64,000 nucleotides of DNA from an uncultured Clostridia bacterium (GTDB lineage Bacteria > Bacillota > Clostridia > TANB77 > CAG-465), in assembly GCA_934149365.1 (NCBI GenBank), contig CAKPEI010000001.1:12723-76722 (forward strand), read 5' to 3'. How positions within the stretch are numbered: the stretch's first letter is position 1; each line of letters begins with the position of its first letter. Shown piece after piece: positions 37,773 to 48,573 of the stretch. Both the position numbers and the translations under genes were made by a program. The notes under the pieces were generated by a model. It did not search any database, had not been told where the DNA came from, and saw only the letters and a program-made list of their open reading frames with translations.

Positions 37773-38942
37773 ATGATGAAAAACTTAAGAAAAAACAAAA
37801 GCGGAATATCACTGATAGTATTAGTAATAACAATAATAGTAATGATAATACTAGCAGCCGCAATAATACTATCACTATCAAATAGTGGAATAATATCAAA
37901 AGCAAACAAAGCCAAAACAGATAGTGATACAGCAAATTTAAAAGAGTATGTAAATACACTAAGAGCAGAATGGGAGTTAATGACAGCAGAAAAACAGGCA
38001 GAAGAAGGTTCATTTGTAGATTATGCAAATTCAAAGTTAGCTGAGAAAGGTTATAAAGTAATGCTATCAGATGACGGAGTACTAATGAATGAAGCAGCGA
38101 CAGCTGCAGTAAAAGCAGGAATAAAAGTAGGAGATACAGTAACAGGGTATACATTGGATGTGGCTACATATACAACAGACGGAAGTGAGAATACATGTGA
38201 TGCAAAAAAACAAGAAGAAACAGATCCACAACCACAAGAAGTAACAGCAAATACGCAGCTAAGATGGAAATACTTAGGAGTAAATGCAAATGGAGAACTA
38301 GAAATAATGGCAGATTTAGGAACAACAGAAGTTGCAGCAAATACAAAAGTAACATTAGGCGGAAAAGGTGGTTATTTAAAAGGACCAGATATGTTAAATA
38401 CAATATGTGAAAAATTATATTCAAAAGATGGAGTAGGAACAGCAAGAAATATGAATATAGATGATGTAAATAATATATTGGGTTATATAGGAGAAAAGGG
38501 ATCATATTACTATATTGATGACGAGTACACACCAACTAAAGAAGCAAAAACAATAGCTACGTTAGAAAGCGAATTAGGAATGACATTAGATGGTAGAACA
38601 ACACCAGATGGAAAAGACTTAGGAATGTACTATTTAGATTATTACAATATAAGTAGAACAGATGATGTAAAAAAGATGAAAAAACCAGGGAATGTGGATT
38701 TAGTATACAATGCTAAAAATGAATACTGGCTTGCTTCTCCGTGTGTCTCTGCAATGTTCTTCGGCAACATGGCGACTTTCAGTGTTCGCTATGTTAACTC
38801 TGCTGCTGTGGGCGGGAACGGCGTGTTTAGTTCGTATGACTACTTTGCCGGCCATACTTATGCGGTCCGCCCTGTAGTAACTTTAAATTCTAATGTTAAA
38901 TTAACACCAAATGCAGATAAAACAGAGTGGGGAATAAGTTAG
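37773..38942 (+). CDS. secreted/surface protein: prepilin-like N-terminus plus YWLASPCV C-terminal domain with candidate variable region (family B, copy 2)
   Basis: ATG 37773 after RBS GGGAGG. The ORF-track start 37692 runs through the RBS. N-terminus MMKNLRKNKSG|ISLIVLVITIIVMIILAAAIILSLS. Confidence 0.8.
   Translation: MMKNLRKNKSGISLIVLVITIIVMIILAAAIILSLSNSGIISKANKAKTDSDTANLKEYVNTLRAEWELMTAEKQAEEGSFVDYANSKLAEKGYKVMLSDDGVLMNEAATAAVKAGIKVGDTVTGYTLDVATYTTDGSENTCDAKKQEETDPQPQEVTANTQLRWKYLGVNANGELEIMADLGTTEVAANTKVTLGGKGGYLKGPDMLNTICEKLYSKDGVGTARNMNIDDVNNILGYIGEKGSYYYIDDEYTPTKEAKTIATLESELGMTLDGRTTPDGKDLGMYYLDYYNISRTDDVKKMKKPGNVDLVYNAKNEYWLASPCVSAMFFGNMATFSVRYVNSAAVGGNGVFSSYDYFAGHTYAVRPVVTLNSNVKLTPNADKTEWGIS
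38748..38880 (+). other. candidate DGR-type variable region
   Basis: 16 of ~41 codons are NNC. GC-rich patch. Confidence 0.45.
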
Positions 38943-39121
38943 GTGTAAAAGTTTGAATGCAGATGTTTAGTTGACATTTACAATATATATTTAGTCATGT
39001 AGGCAAATTATCTTGTCTATGTGGCTATTTATTTTTGCTTTTTTTATTTTGTATCACCTGATATCTTGCGTTTGGATAGGCTATGTGATAATATATTGAT
39101 ATATTAAATGAGGTGGAATTT

Positions 39122-39838
39122 ATGATAGAAGTAAAAAATTATACAAAGATATATAATGGTGATAAAAAGGCTGTAGATAATATTTCTTTTACCGCTGAAA
39201 CTGGTGAGATATTTGCATTTATAGGGCATAATGGAGCAGGTAAAACTACAACTATAAAGTCTATAGTTGGAATACTAGACTTTGAAGAGGGAGATATTTA
39301 TATAAATTCAAAGTCTATAAAAGAAAAGCCTATTGAATGTAAAAAGGAGATAGCATATATACCTGATAACCCAGATTTATATGAAAATTTAACAGGTATA
39401 GCTTTTATTAATTTTATATGTGATATATATGATGTTGCAAAAGAGAGAAGAGAAGAAAGAATAAAAAAATATGCAGATAAGTTTGAAATAACTGCAAATT
39501 TAGGTGATACTATTGAGTCATATTCTCATGGTATGAAACAAAAGCTTGCTATAATTGCAGCTTTAGTTCATGAGCCAAAGGTTCTTGTTTTAGATGAGCC
39601 TTTTGTAGGTTTGGACCCAAAAGCTGTTTTTGATTTAAAAGAAATTATGAGGGAAATGTGTGATAATGGGGCTACTATATTTTTCTCTACACATATTTTA
39701 GAGGTAGCAGAAAAACTTTGTGATAAGGTTGCTATTATTAAAAGAGGTAAGCTTGTAAAGGTTGGAAAAATGGAAGAAGTAAAAGGTGATACTTCTCTTG
39801 AAAATGTATTCTTAGAATTAGATGGAAAGGGTGAATAA
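39122..39838 (+). CDS. ABC transporter ATP-binding protein
   Basis: Walker A GHNGAGKTT, signature SHGMKQKL, Walker B VLVLDEP. ATG 39122 after RBS GAGGTGG. Confidence 0.85.
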   Translation: MIEVKNYTKIYNGDKKAVDNISFTAETGEIFAFIGHNGAGKTTTIKSIVGILDFEEGDIYINSKSIKEKPIECKKEIAYIPDNPDLYENLTGIAFINFICDIYDVAKERREERIKKYADKFEITANLGDTIESYSHGMKQKLAIIAALVHEPKVLVLDEPFVGLDPKAVFDLKEIMREMCDNGATIFFSTHILEVAEKLCDKVAIIKRGKLVKVGKMEEVKGDTSLENVFLELDGKGE

Positions 39839-39841
39839 CTT

Positions 39842-41455
39842 ATGGTAAAAAACAAATTATTTACACTTTTAAAAGCATCTATGTCTGGAAATATGAATAT
39901 ATTTAAGGTTGGAAGAAAGAAAAAGAAAAGTGTAACTGGAAAAATAAATAGAGTATTAACTTTAACATTTTTTACATTATTATTAATGAGTTTATTTGGT
40001 ATGTATGCCAAAATTATTATAGAGCCATTAAAAAACTTTAACATGGCTCATATGGCAATAACTTTGTTTGGACTTGTAACTACTATAATGATATTTATTC
40101 AAGGAGCTTACAGGTCGCAGGGAATTTTATTTGATGCAAAAGATAGTAATATGCTTTTTGCTATGCCCATTAAAAAGAGTACTATTTTTGCAGCAAGGCT
40201 TATTAAATTAATAACTTTCCAATATATGTGGAATTTTATTATAATGCTGCCAACTGTAGTTGTTTATGCTTTTAGTATAAAGCCGGAATTTACTTTTTAT
40301 ATTACAGCTTTTGTAATGATAATAACACTTCCAATTATACCTACCATTGTAGCTTCTATTTTTGGATATATAATTCAAAGTATATCTTCAAAATTTAAAA
40401 TGAAGAAATTTGTTCAAATGATAGGAACAATTATATTTACAATTTTATTAATGTACATTAGTTTTAATACAAATGATTACTTGGAAAATATAGTGGCTAA
40501 AGCTCAGAGTTTAAACGAAATAATAACTAATATTTATTACCCTATGGGAATATATGATACATGTTTGATTACTTTTAGTGTATCAAAATTACTAGGCATA
40601 TTGCTAGCAAATATATCATTAACAGTGTTATTTGTATTAGTATTTAGCCATTCATATTATAGAGTGGTTTCAAGACTTTCTGAAAAGCATTCTAGTGCTA
40701 ATTATCAAATAAAAAAGTTAAAATCAAATTCTGCTTTTTGGGCGTTAACTAAAAAGGAATTAAAGAAATATTTTAGTACTCCAGTGTACGTATTTAACAC
40801 TATAGTAGGACCTGTAATGCTTTTAATTGCAAGTATATATGCGCTAATATCAAAAGAAAAACTATTAAGTAGCGTAGCTACTGAACTTGGTGGACTTGAT
40901 ATAACTAATTTTGTAGGTAAGTTTCATATAATATTTATGGTGTTTGCAATAGGTGTTGCTACAACAACAGCATGTTCAATATCTATAGAAGGTAAAACAT
41001 TTTGGCTTACAAAAAGTTTACCAGTAAGTGAAAAGAAAATATTCTTAGCCAAGATTATGGTTAATTTATTTATAACTATACCAGCTACAATAATGTCTAC
41101 AATAGCTTTTTCATATGTGTTTAAACTTCCAGTTATAGACATTATATATTGTCTAGCTTTTGCAGTTATTATTCCTTTTATGGTGTCTATGCTAGGACTT
41201 ATAATAAACTTAAAATATCCAAAAATGAATGCTGTCTCAGATACAGCTGTTGTAAAACAAAGTGCTAGTACAATGATAACAATGTGCTCAGCATTTGCAT
41301 TAGCAGGAATACCAATTGCTATTTGTGGAATATTAAAAATACAGAACTTAGATATGTATATAGGAATAATTTTAGGTGTATTTACATGTTTTACAATAAT
41401 TTTGTGGAAAATATTAACAACTTATGGTATAAAATTGTTTAGAGATATTAATTAA
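39842..41455 (+). CDS. ABC-2 type transporter permease (multi-transmembrane)
   Basis: 537 aa highly hydrophobic. Translationally coupled to the ATPase gene. Confidence 0.65.
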   Translation: MVKNKLFTLLKASMSGNMNIFKVGRKKKKSVTGKINRVLTLTFFTLLLMSLFGMYAKIIIEPLKNFNMAHMAITLFGLVTTIMIFIQGAYRSQGILFDAKDSNMLFAMPIKKSTIFAARLIKLITFQYMWNFIIMLPTVVVYAFSIKPEFTFYITAFVMIITLPIIPTIVASIFGYIIQSISSKFKMKKFVQMIGTIIFTILLMYISFNTNDYLENIVAKAQSLNEIITNIYYPMGIYDTCLITFSVSKLLGILLANISLTVLFVLVFSHSYYRVVSRLSEKHSSANYQIKKLKSNSAFWALTKKELKKYFSTPVYVFNTIVGPVMLLIASIYALISKEKLLSSVATELGGLDITNFVGKFHIIFMVFAIGVATTTACSISIEGKTFWLTKSLPVSEKKIFLAKIMVNLFITIPATIMSTIAFSYVFKLPVIDIIYCLAFAVIIPFMVSMLGLIINLKYPKMNAVSDTAVVKQSASTMITMCSAFALAGIPIAICGILKIQNLDMYIGIILGVFTCFTIILWKILTTYGIKLFRDIN

Positions 41456-41469
41456 AGGATAGGTGAGAT

Positions 41470-42831
41470 ATGAAAATTATAAAAGAGATAAATAAGTACA
41501 TATTTAGAGGTTATGATATTAGAGGAATATATGGAGAAGATTTAAACGAAGATGTAGCTTACACAATAGGTAAGGGCTTTGGCTCATATATTCAAACATT
41601 AGGAAAGAAAATAGCTGTTGTAGGTCATGATAATAGAAGTTCTTCACCAGTTCTTTCTAATGCTTTTATTAAAGGTGCAGTAGAAACTGGTATTACAGTG
41701 TATAACATTGGTCTTGTAACTACTCCTATGTATTATTTCTCATGGGAAAATTTAGGTGTTGTATCTGGTGCAATGATAACTGCAAGTCATAACCCCAAAG
41801 AATATAATGGCTTTAAGATAGCTTTTGATGAAAGAGGAAATGCTTGCGGAGAAATGATACAAGACTTTAGAAGATACATTGAAAAAGGCGAGTTTATAGA
41901 AGGCGAAGGAAAAGTAATAGAAAAAGATATAAAAGAAGAGTATCTAAAGCTTTTAAAGAGTAGTATTGATTTAGGAAAAAGAAGAGTAAAAGTAGTACTA
42001 GATGCTGGAAATGGAACTGGCTCTGTTGTTATAAAAGAGGCGTTTGAAGGTTTAAATATAGATGCAGAATATATATTCTGTGATAGTGACCCTGATTTCC
42101 CAAACCATCATCCAGATCCATGTGTTGAAGCTAACTTAGAAAAATTAAAAGCTAAAGTAAAAGAAGTGCATGCAGATATAGGACTATCTGTAGATGGTGA
42201 TGCAGATAGAGTAGGTGTAGTAGATGAAAATGGAACTTTTGTACCAGTTGATTATCTTATGATAATAATGTGGAGAGACATCTACAAAAATGTTAGAAAT
42301 AAAAAAGCTTTATATGATGTAAAATGTTCTAAATCATTAGCAGACGAATTAGATAAGTTAGGTATTGAAAAGGTTTGTTATAGAACAGGTAATTCATACA
42401 TGAAAGCAATGATGAAAGAGGGGGATTTCGACTTTGGTGGCGAACTTTCAGGACATATATTCTTTAGAGATAAATGGCCTGGCTTTGATGATGGAATATA
42501 TGGCTGTCTTAGATATGTAGAAATATTATCTAAAACGGATAAAAAGTTTTCAGAGCTTTTAGATGGAATAACTAGATATTATTCAACACCTGAATTAAAG
42601 ATAAAATCAACAGACGAAGAAAAATTTAATGTTGTAGAAAAAGTAAAAGAGTATGCAATTTCTAAAGGGTACAAAATGAATACTATAGATGGAGCAAGAG
42701 TAGAATTTGAAGACGGATGGGCTTTGGTCAGAGCCTCAAATACAGGACCTGATTTAACTATGAGATTTGAAGGAATTACAGAAAAAAGAATGAACGAAAT
42801 TAAAGATGAATTTATGGAATTAATAAAATAA
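41470..42831 (+). CDS. phosphomannomutase/phosphoglucomutase (alpha-D-phosphohexomutase family)
   Basis: FRGYDIRG and TASHNP active-site motifs. 453 aa. Confidence 0.8.
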   Translation: MKIIKEINKYIFRGYDIRGIYGEDLNEDVAYTIGKGFGSYIQTLGKKIAVVGHDNRSSSPVLSNAFIKGAVETGITVYNIGLVTTPMYYFSWENLGVVSGAMITASHNPKEYNGFKIAFDERGNACGEMIQDFRRYIEKGEFIEGEGKVIEKDIKEEYLKLLKSSIDLGKRRVKVVLDAGNGTGSVVIKEAFEGLNIDAEYIFCDSDPDFPNHHPDPCVEANLEKLKAKVKEVHADIGLSVDGDADRVGVVDENGTFVPVDYLMIIMWRDIYKNVRNKKALYDVKCSKSLADELDKLGIEKVCYRTGNSYMKAMMKEGDFDFGGELSGHIFFRDKWPGFDDGIYGCLRYVEILSKTDKKFSELLDGITRYYSTPELKIKSTDEEKFNVVEKVKEYAISKGYKMNTIDGARVEFEDGWALVRASNTGPDLTMRFEGITEKRMNEIKDEFMELIK

Positions 42832-42837
42832 CATAAA

Positions 42838-42876
42838 GAATGCTTCCCTTTATTACAAGGGAAGCATTTTTTAGAT
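42838..42876. terminator. bidirectional terminator
   Basis: Hairpin aatgcttccctt-tatt-acaagggaagcatt plus T6. Confidence 0.6.
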
Positions 42877-43395
42877 TTTACTTAAGTGCTGCATTTCATT
42901 TAAGAACTTGGTAAGGTTGTTTAAATCTTCCATAAGAGAGGTGCATAAAGCGTAGTAGCTTGCTTCATCAAACGTATCCAAGTTGATTTGCTTGGGTGGA
43001 AAATCTTCTTTTTTGAGAGATTCTTCAAGTACTTCCTCCACACGCGAGATAGATTTGGGGTAGTGTGAAAATTCAGCGTTCATCACATAAATCGTATCAA
43101 GCATTGCAAAAGGTTTCTCACCAAATGACTTCATGTACAAGTTCGGTGCCTTGACATATAGCGCAAGTTTTACACGAGCCATTTCCTTTTTGAATGTCGC
43201 CGGGTTTAAATCTTTGCTGTAAATGTCGACATCAGTAAGACTCTGCAAATATTCCTTGTCAGATGCTATAAAGCCGCTTATTTCTTCTTTCATAACAAGC
43301 TCCATTTCATGGTTTAATCTTTCAAGTTCAATCCGCTTTTCTTCTTCTCTCAATAACTCCTTAGCTCTTTTTCTGTTCTTAAGTAGATAAAACAT
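42871..43395 (-). CDS. hypothetical protein (GC-richer module)
   Basis: 174 aa. RBS GGAGG 8 nt upstream. Confidence 0.6.
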   Translation of the reverse strand: MFYLLKNRKRAKELLREEEKRIELERLNHEMELVMKEEISGFIASDKEYLQSLTDVDIYSKDLNPATFKKEMARVKLALYVKAPNLYMKSFGEKPFAMLDTIYVMNAEFSHYPKSISRVEEVLEESLKKEDFPPKQINLDTFDEASYYALCTSLMEDLNNLTKFLNEMQHLSKI

Positions 43396-43431
43396 ACATG
43401 TTCCTCCAATATAATTATATATTTGATTTAT

Positions 43432-43475
43432 AATAAATCATACATTAATTATACCACATTATGTAAACAAAATCA
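43432..43475 (-). promoter_or_regulatory. conserved promoter module (minus strand TTGATT-17-TGgTATAAT, spacer TTGTTTACATAA), family copy B
   Basis: Plus strand CATACATTAATTATACCACATTATGTAAACAAAATCAA. Confidence 0.5.
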
Positions 43476-43630
43476 AACAAACTTGCATCTAGAGTATAGT
43501 ATATTGATTGAATATAACTCTTATGATATTATATAGGCATGAGATTAGAGCAAAATATAATTAAAAAACTCTTTTATTTTACAAAAATATGTAATATAAT
43601 AAGAGTAGTAATTTATTGGAGGAATATTAT

Positions 43631-44671
43631 ATGGAAAAATACGAAGATATAAAGAAACACGTAAACATTCTTTTAGTTGATGATGATGTTGATTATATTG
43701 AAGTTACAGCATTTTTCTTAAAAAGTAAAGGATATAACGTAGATATTGCAACAAGTGGAGAAGAGGGTATAGAAAAAGTAAAAAAAGGAAATGTACATAT
43801 TGTATTACTTGATTACTATATGCCTGGTCTTACTGGAGAAGATGTTATAAATAAAGTAAGAGAATTTAATAAAGAGATAATTATAATAATGCAAACAGGT
43901 TTCTCAGGACAACAACCACCTGCAGAAACATTACAAAGATTAAATATACAAAACTATCATGATAAGTCAGATGGAGCAGATAAGCTACTTTTACAAGTAA
44001 TGTCAGCAGTTAGAATATTCAATCAACAAAACGAAATATTATTAAGTAGATACAAAGTTAATGCAATTGGTAAACTTATAAAAGGAATAGCAGAGGATAT
44101 GAAATCGCCGCTTATGTCTATAAGTGCGGGTATAGAGGCTTCTAATACTCTTATAGAAGACGCTCAAGATGGTATTGATAGAGATACAATTAAAGATTTG
44201 AAAAAATTCTATGAAAACAACAAAGTTTACTTAGAGAAAATAGATAAAGTGTTATCTGCAATAATTCTTCAGACAGGTGATAAAAATACAGATGAGTATT
44301 TAACAGAAAAAGATATAATAGAAAGAATAGACTTAATACTTTCAAATGAAATAAAGACAAGTGGTGTGTTGTTAGAAAAAGAAATAACAATAAAACCAAA
44401 TACACTTATTCATGGACATATTAGTGATGTTATATTTATTTTATGCGAACTTTTAAATAACTTAATGAAAGTATCTAGTATAGGAGATAACATAAAGTTA
44501 TCATTAAAAGAAGATGAAACATTCTGGTACATCTCTGTGGAAAATGAGAATATAAGTAAATTGGATGCAAGCGAACTTTACCTTATAAACAACATAATAT
44601 CTACATTGGACGGAATATACATGGAAAATGTACAAGAAAAGATAGTAATAGGAATAGAGAAAAGGTCATAA
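43631..44671 (+). CDS. response-regulator receiver domain protein with C-terminal histidine-kinase-like ATPase region (atypical hybrid)
   Basis: REC motifs LLVDDD...D...K. C-terminal region resembles a HATPase_c N-box (ELLNNLMK). ATG 43631 after RBS GGAGG. Confidence 0.6.
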   Translation: MEKYEDIKKHVNILLVDDDVDYIEVTAFFLKSKGYNVDIATSGEEGIEKVKKGNVHIVLLDYYMPGLTGEDVINKVREFNKEIIIIMQTGFSGQQPPAETLQRLNIQNYHDKSDGADKLLLQVMSAVRIFNQQNEILLSRYKVNAIGKLIKGIAEDMKSPLMSISAGIEASNTLIEDAQDGIDRDTIKDLKKFYENNKVYLEKIDKVLSAIILQTGDKNTDEYLTEKDIIERIDLILSNEIKTSGVLLEKEITIKPNTLIHGHISDVIFILCELLNNLMKVSSIGDNIKLSLKEDETFWYISVENENISKLDASELYLINNIISTLDGIYMENVQEKIVIGIEKRS

Positions 44672-44904
44672 TAATATTATATATTAAGAATAGAGCATAT
44701 CGTTTAGATATGCTTTTTTTGAGGCTTTTAATGGAGAAATTTGGTAATAAAACACCATAATTCTAAGCAGATAGACATATTGTAACATTATTGTAATTTT
44801 TGTGACAAAAAGTTGCAAAAAATGTTGACAAACATACCTTAAGATAGTATACTTCCTTTAAGTGTAAGTAGTAGAGATAATTGCTAAGAAAGGAAGTGCA
44901 AGTT

Positions 44905-45993
44905 ATGCCAAAATCCACAAACAAAAAAGAAGATAAAAAGGTAGAAAAGAAAGGAAAGTTTACAAATATGATTAAAGACAAAAAAATAATAATGATTGCT
45001 ACTGCGTTATTATTGGTGATTATAGGGGTAATAGCTTTTGTTTTGATTAAGTTATCAAATAATCCTACTGTTATTAGTATTAATGGTACTAAATACAACA
45101 AGTCAGATTATATGATATATTTAAGACTTGCTAAAACTAACTTATTTGATGAAAATACTACTGACTTACCAGAGGCAACTTTAAATACGATAGCCGATAA
45201 AACAACTAATACAACAGTTGAAAATTACCTAAGAGGAAAGGTAGAGGAGAGTATAAAAGTTGCTGGTGCAATAGAGACAATGGCAGAAGAAAATAATATT
45301 TCTCTAAATGATGAACAGTTAAAGAAACTAGAATCTGACAAGAAAAAATATGTGTCAAATTTAGGCGGTCAAAAGAAATTTAATGAGTTCTTAAAGAAAA
45401 ATAGAACTACAGAAAAAGCTTACGATAAAATGGCAAGAGTAGATGCTTTATATAAAGAAGTATTTAACTCTCTTTATGCAGAAGGTAAGAAATATGATTT
45501 GACTGAAGACGAGAAAAAACAAATAGAGAAAGATTATTATCAAAATTACAATAAAATAAAACAAATTGTACTATACACAGTTGATACAAGTACAAAAGAG
45601 CCATTAAGTAATTCTGTTGTGGAACAAAAGAAATTACTTGCTGAAACACTTCGCAGTATGATAACAGATGTAAATGAATTTGATAGCTACATCAAAAAGT
45701 ATAGTGACGATGCAATAAATGCTGAGCCACCATATGATATGTACTTTACTTCAAATCAAGTATTAAAAGAAATACAAGATACTGTAAGTACACTAAAAGA
45801 TGGAGAGATAAGTAATGTCTTTAAATCAACATATGCATATCATATTGTGTTTAAAGAAAAATTAGATGATGGCTATTTAGTAACTTTGTATAATAGCAAA
45901 AGAGAGGAAAAATTCTTGAAAGCTATATCTGATAAAATTGACGATTCTGTTATTATAATGGAAAATGAATTCACAAAAGTAAAAATTAAGTAA
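44905..45993 (+). CDS. PrsA/SurA-like foldase (parvulin-type peptidyl-prolyl isomerase), membrane-anchored
   Basis: N-terminal transmembrane segment. SurA-N-like helical region. C-terminal parvulin-like GEISNVFKSTYAYHIVFK. Confidence 0.55.
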   Translation: MPKSTNKKEDKKVEKKGKFTNMIKDKKIIMIATALLLVIIGVIAFVLIKLSNNPTVISINGTKYNKSDYMIYLRLAKTNLFDENTTDLPEATLNTIADKTTNTTVENYLRGKVEESIKVAGAIETMAEENNISLNDEQLKKLESDKKKYVSNLGGQKKFNEFLKKNRTTEKAYDKMARVDALYKEVFNSLYAEGKKYDLTEDEKKQIEKDYYQNYNKIKQIVLYTVDTSTKEPLSNSVVEQKKLLAETLRSMITDVNEFDSYIKKYSDDAINAEPPYDMYFTSNQVLKEIQDTVSTLKDGEISNVFKSTYAYHIVFKEKLDDGYLVTLYNSKREEKFLKAISDKIDDSVIIMENEFTKVKIK

Positions 45994-46019
45994 AGTATGT
46001 TGAATAAAGGAGGAATTAT

Positions 46020-47792
46020 ATGGAAAATATCAAACATACAGACAAAAGTTCTAAAATTTTTGCTGTAGTTTTATCAGTAGCCGTAGTACTAGTAGCAGCG
46101 ATTGTGCTAGGTATTATAGGAATGAACAGCTTAAATGGTAAAGTTGAAACTACTGAACAGCACGCATTAAAATCAGTAGCAAACGATGAAGAAAATGTGA
46201 AAACTTTAGGTAGCATTCAAAAAGAAATTGACGTTGTTAAAACAGAAGTAAATGAGGTTAAAGCTAAAGCTGATGAAAATATATTATCATCAGAAGAAAA
46301 CCTAACTGAAATAAACAATGTTAAAGAAAAAATAGTTAGTATCAAAAATGATATAAATAGTGTAGTAGCAAAAGAAGCAACTGTAAAAGAAAAAGCAGAT
46401 GAACTTCTAGATACATTAAATAAAATGGAAGAAAAATTATATGCTACAATAGAAACACTAAAAACTGAAGCAAAAGCATATATAGATACTACAAAAAATG
46501 AAATAAATACAAATACAGATACAAAAGTATTGGCTGCACAAACTGCTATAAATACAAATGTAGATGAAAAATACGTTTTATTAAATACTAGAATAGCAGA
46601 TGCAGAAGCTGCAATAAACGCAAATACAGATGCAAAAATATCAGCAGCGCAAACAGCAATAAACGCAAATACAGATGCAAAAGTATCAGCAGCGCAAACA
46701 GCAATAAATGGAAATACTGATGCAAAAATATCAGCAGCGCAAACAGCAATAAATGCAAACACAGATGCAAAAGTATCAGCAGCCCAAACTGCAATAAATG
46801 GAAATACAGACGCAAAAATATCAGCAGCGCAAACAGCAATAAATGGAAATACAGATGCAAAAGTATCAGCAGCCCAAACTGCAATAAATGGAAATACTGA
46901 TGCAAAAATATCAGCAGCGCAAACTGCAATAAATGGAAATACTGATGCAAAAGTATCAGCAGCACAAACAGCAATAAATGCAAATACTGATGCAAAAGTA
47001 TCAGCAGCCCAAACTGCAATAAATGGAAATACTGATGCAAAAATATCAGCAGCACAAACAGCAATAAACGGAAACACTGATGCTAAATTAGCTGCAAGCT
47101 TTACAGATTTAAAAACTGATTTAAATACTGAATTTTCAAAAATATCAGATAGATTTGATGATGTGGACACTGCTTTATTTAATTTAAAATCTGACGTAAC
47201 TTCATTGCTAACAGCTAATACAACTGTAGGAACTAAATTAACTTCTATAGAAACAAAAGTTACTTCAATAGAAGGAAGTGTCTTAGGTATAAACACAACA
47301 CTTGCTGGAATAAATACGAGCATAACAGGAGTTAATACAACACTTACTGGAATAAATACAAATATAACAGGAGTTAATACATCCCTTATTGGTATTACAA
47401 GTAGTTTAACCGGTGTAACTACTACACTTACTGGAGTAGATGGTAAGTTAGATACAGCTAATTCAAACGTATCAGCAATAAACACAACAGTAACAGGTAT
47501 AAACAGTAATGTATCAATAGCTTTAACAGAAATTTCTGAATTAAAAAATAAAGTTGCAAATATAGGAAGTGGAATGACTGGTATAAGCTCAAAAATTGGA
47601 ACAGCTGCAGATACTAGTGCTAGCACAACATTATTTGGAAAAATGGCAGGTATAGTAAATGATGTATCTGGAATAAATGCTAAACTATCTACAATGGATG
47701 GTAAATTAGATAGCATAATGACTAATACTAACTGGCTTGGAACTTTAACAGATGCTCAAATAAACAAATTAAAAACAATATTGAATAGTTAA
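46020..47792 (+). CDS. membrane-anchored repetitive coiled-coil protein with ~14 tandem 13-aa repeats (SAAQTAINGNTDAKI/V) and a second T-G-I/V-N-T-S/T repeat region
   Basis: RBS GGAGG. N-terminal transmembrane segment. 39-nt periodic DNA from ~46600 to ~47100. Confidence 0.75.
   Translation: MENIKHTDKSSKIFAVVLSVAVVLVAAIVLGIIGMNSLNGKVETTEQHALKSVANDEENVKTLGSIQKEIDVVKTEVNEVKAKADENILSSEENLTEINNVKEKIVSIKNDINSVVAKEATVKEKADELLDTLNKMEEKLYATIETLKTEAKAYIDTTKNEINTNTDTKVLAAQTAINTNVDEKYVLLNTRIADAEAAINANTDAKISAAQTAINANTDAKVSAAQTAINGNTDAKISAAQTAINANTDAKVSAAQTAINGNTDAKISAAQTAINGNTDAKVSAAQTAINGNTDAKISAAQTAINGNTDAKVSAAQTAINANTDAKVSAAQTAINGNTDAKISAAQTAINGNTDAKLAASFTDLKTDLNTEFSKISDRFDDVDTALFNLKSDVTSLLTANTTVGTKLTSIETKVTSIEGSVLGINTTLAGINTSITGVNTTLTGINTNITGVNTSLIGITSSLTGVTTTLTGVDGKLDTANSNVSAINTTVTGINSNVSIALTEISELKNKVANIGSGMTGISSKIGTAADTSASTTLFGKMAGIVNDVSGINAKLSTMDGKLDSIMTNTNWLGTLTDAQINKLKTILNS
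46600..47100 (+). repeat. 39-bp tandem coding repeat array (~13 units)
   Basis: gcaaatacagatgcaaaa(a/g)tatcagcagc(g/c)caaac(a/t)gcaataaa(c/t)g units read directly. Confidence 0.85.
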
Positions 47793-47807
47793 TTTATGTA
47801 AATAGTA

Positions 47808-47842
47808 AAGGTGCTGAGGTAATTATTACCTTGGCACCTTTT
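47808..47842 (+). terminator. rho-independent terminator (long hairpin)
   Basis: aaaggtgctgaggtaat-tattaccttggcaccttt. Confidence 0.6.
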
Positions 47843-47975
47843 CTATGTAACACCGTTATATTATTTACATAAAAGTTGAAAAAACAATATATATGTGATA
47901 TAATAAAACAGAATTTTAAAGTTGTTAAAACTTAAATAAGGGATAATGAAAAAATAACATAAGGAGGACTGTGGT

Positions 47976-48464
47976 ATGATTGGCTCTTTTACTGAAAAAC
48001 ACCGGGAGATTTCTGATTATTCAATGTATAGGAAAAAACTGTTTGAGGTGTGCAGAATTATTCACCAAGATTACAGCTTGTTAGAGCGCGAATTTTGTAT
48101 TTTAGAAAGATTTATCGTTTCAACTGAAAAATGCGAAGTTGCGTACAGAGCAGAGGATAGGAGAATGATTTTTTGGCACATGAAAGATGTTGACTGGCTT
48201 GACGATATCACGGTGCTGAAAATAGTAGTAGAGAAGCTTGAAGAATGTTTTGTTGGGGCTAAAGAAGAACTCTTTTGCGGGATTGACTTTTTTAATTTCT
48301 TAAATGAACTTTCAGAAAAAGACGGAAAAATAAGTGAAGTTGAATATATCTGGAAAGCTAAGAAAGTCATAAATTCTATTGAAGTTCAATTCGGGAAGAT
48401 TGCTTCAACCGATGATTCGATGAAGCAGATTGCTATTTTAAAGGGAATGCTAGCATTAATCTAA
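47976..48464 (+). CDS. hypothetical protein (GC-richer)
   Basis: 162 aa. RBS AAGGAGG. Confidence 0.6.
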   Translation: MIGSFTEKHREISDYSMYRKKLFEVCRIIHQDYSLLEREFCILERFIVSTEKCEVAYRAEDRRMIFWHMKDVDWLDDITVLKIVVEKLEECFVGAKEELFCGIDFFNFLNELSEKDGKISEVEYIWKAKKVINSIEVQFGKIASTDDSMKQIAILKGMLALI

Positions 48465-48471
48465 AAAACAA

Positions 48472-48502
48472 AAAGATGTCTTGATTTTAAGGCATCTTTT
48501 TT
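48472..48502 (+). terminator. rho-independent terminator
   Basis: Hairpin aagatgtct-tgatttta-aggcatctt plus T-run. Confidence 0.5.
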
Positions 48503-48573
48503 CTTGACTTTTTTAAACATTTGATATACTATTATTATAGTTATATGAAGGTACGTTTTTGGGGGAAGATATA

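Noticed and set aside
44763-45101. 112-aa minus-strand ORF overlapping the start of the PrsA-like gene
   Set aside because: No RBS. It overlaps the promoter and 5' end of a better-supported plus-strand gene. Hydrophobic low-complexity translation.
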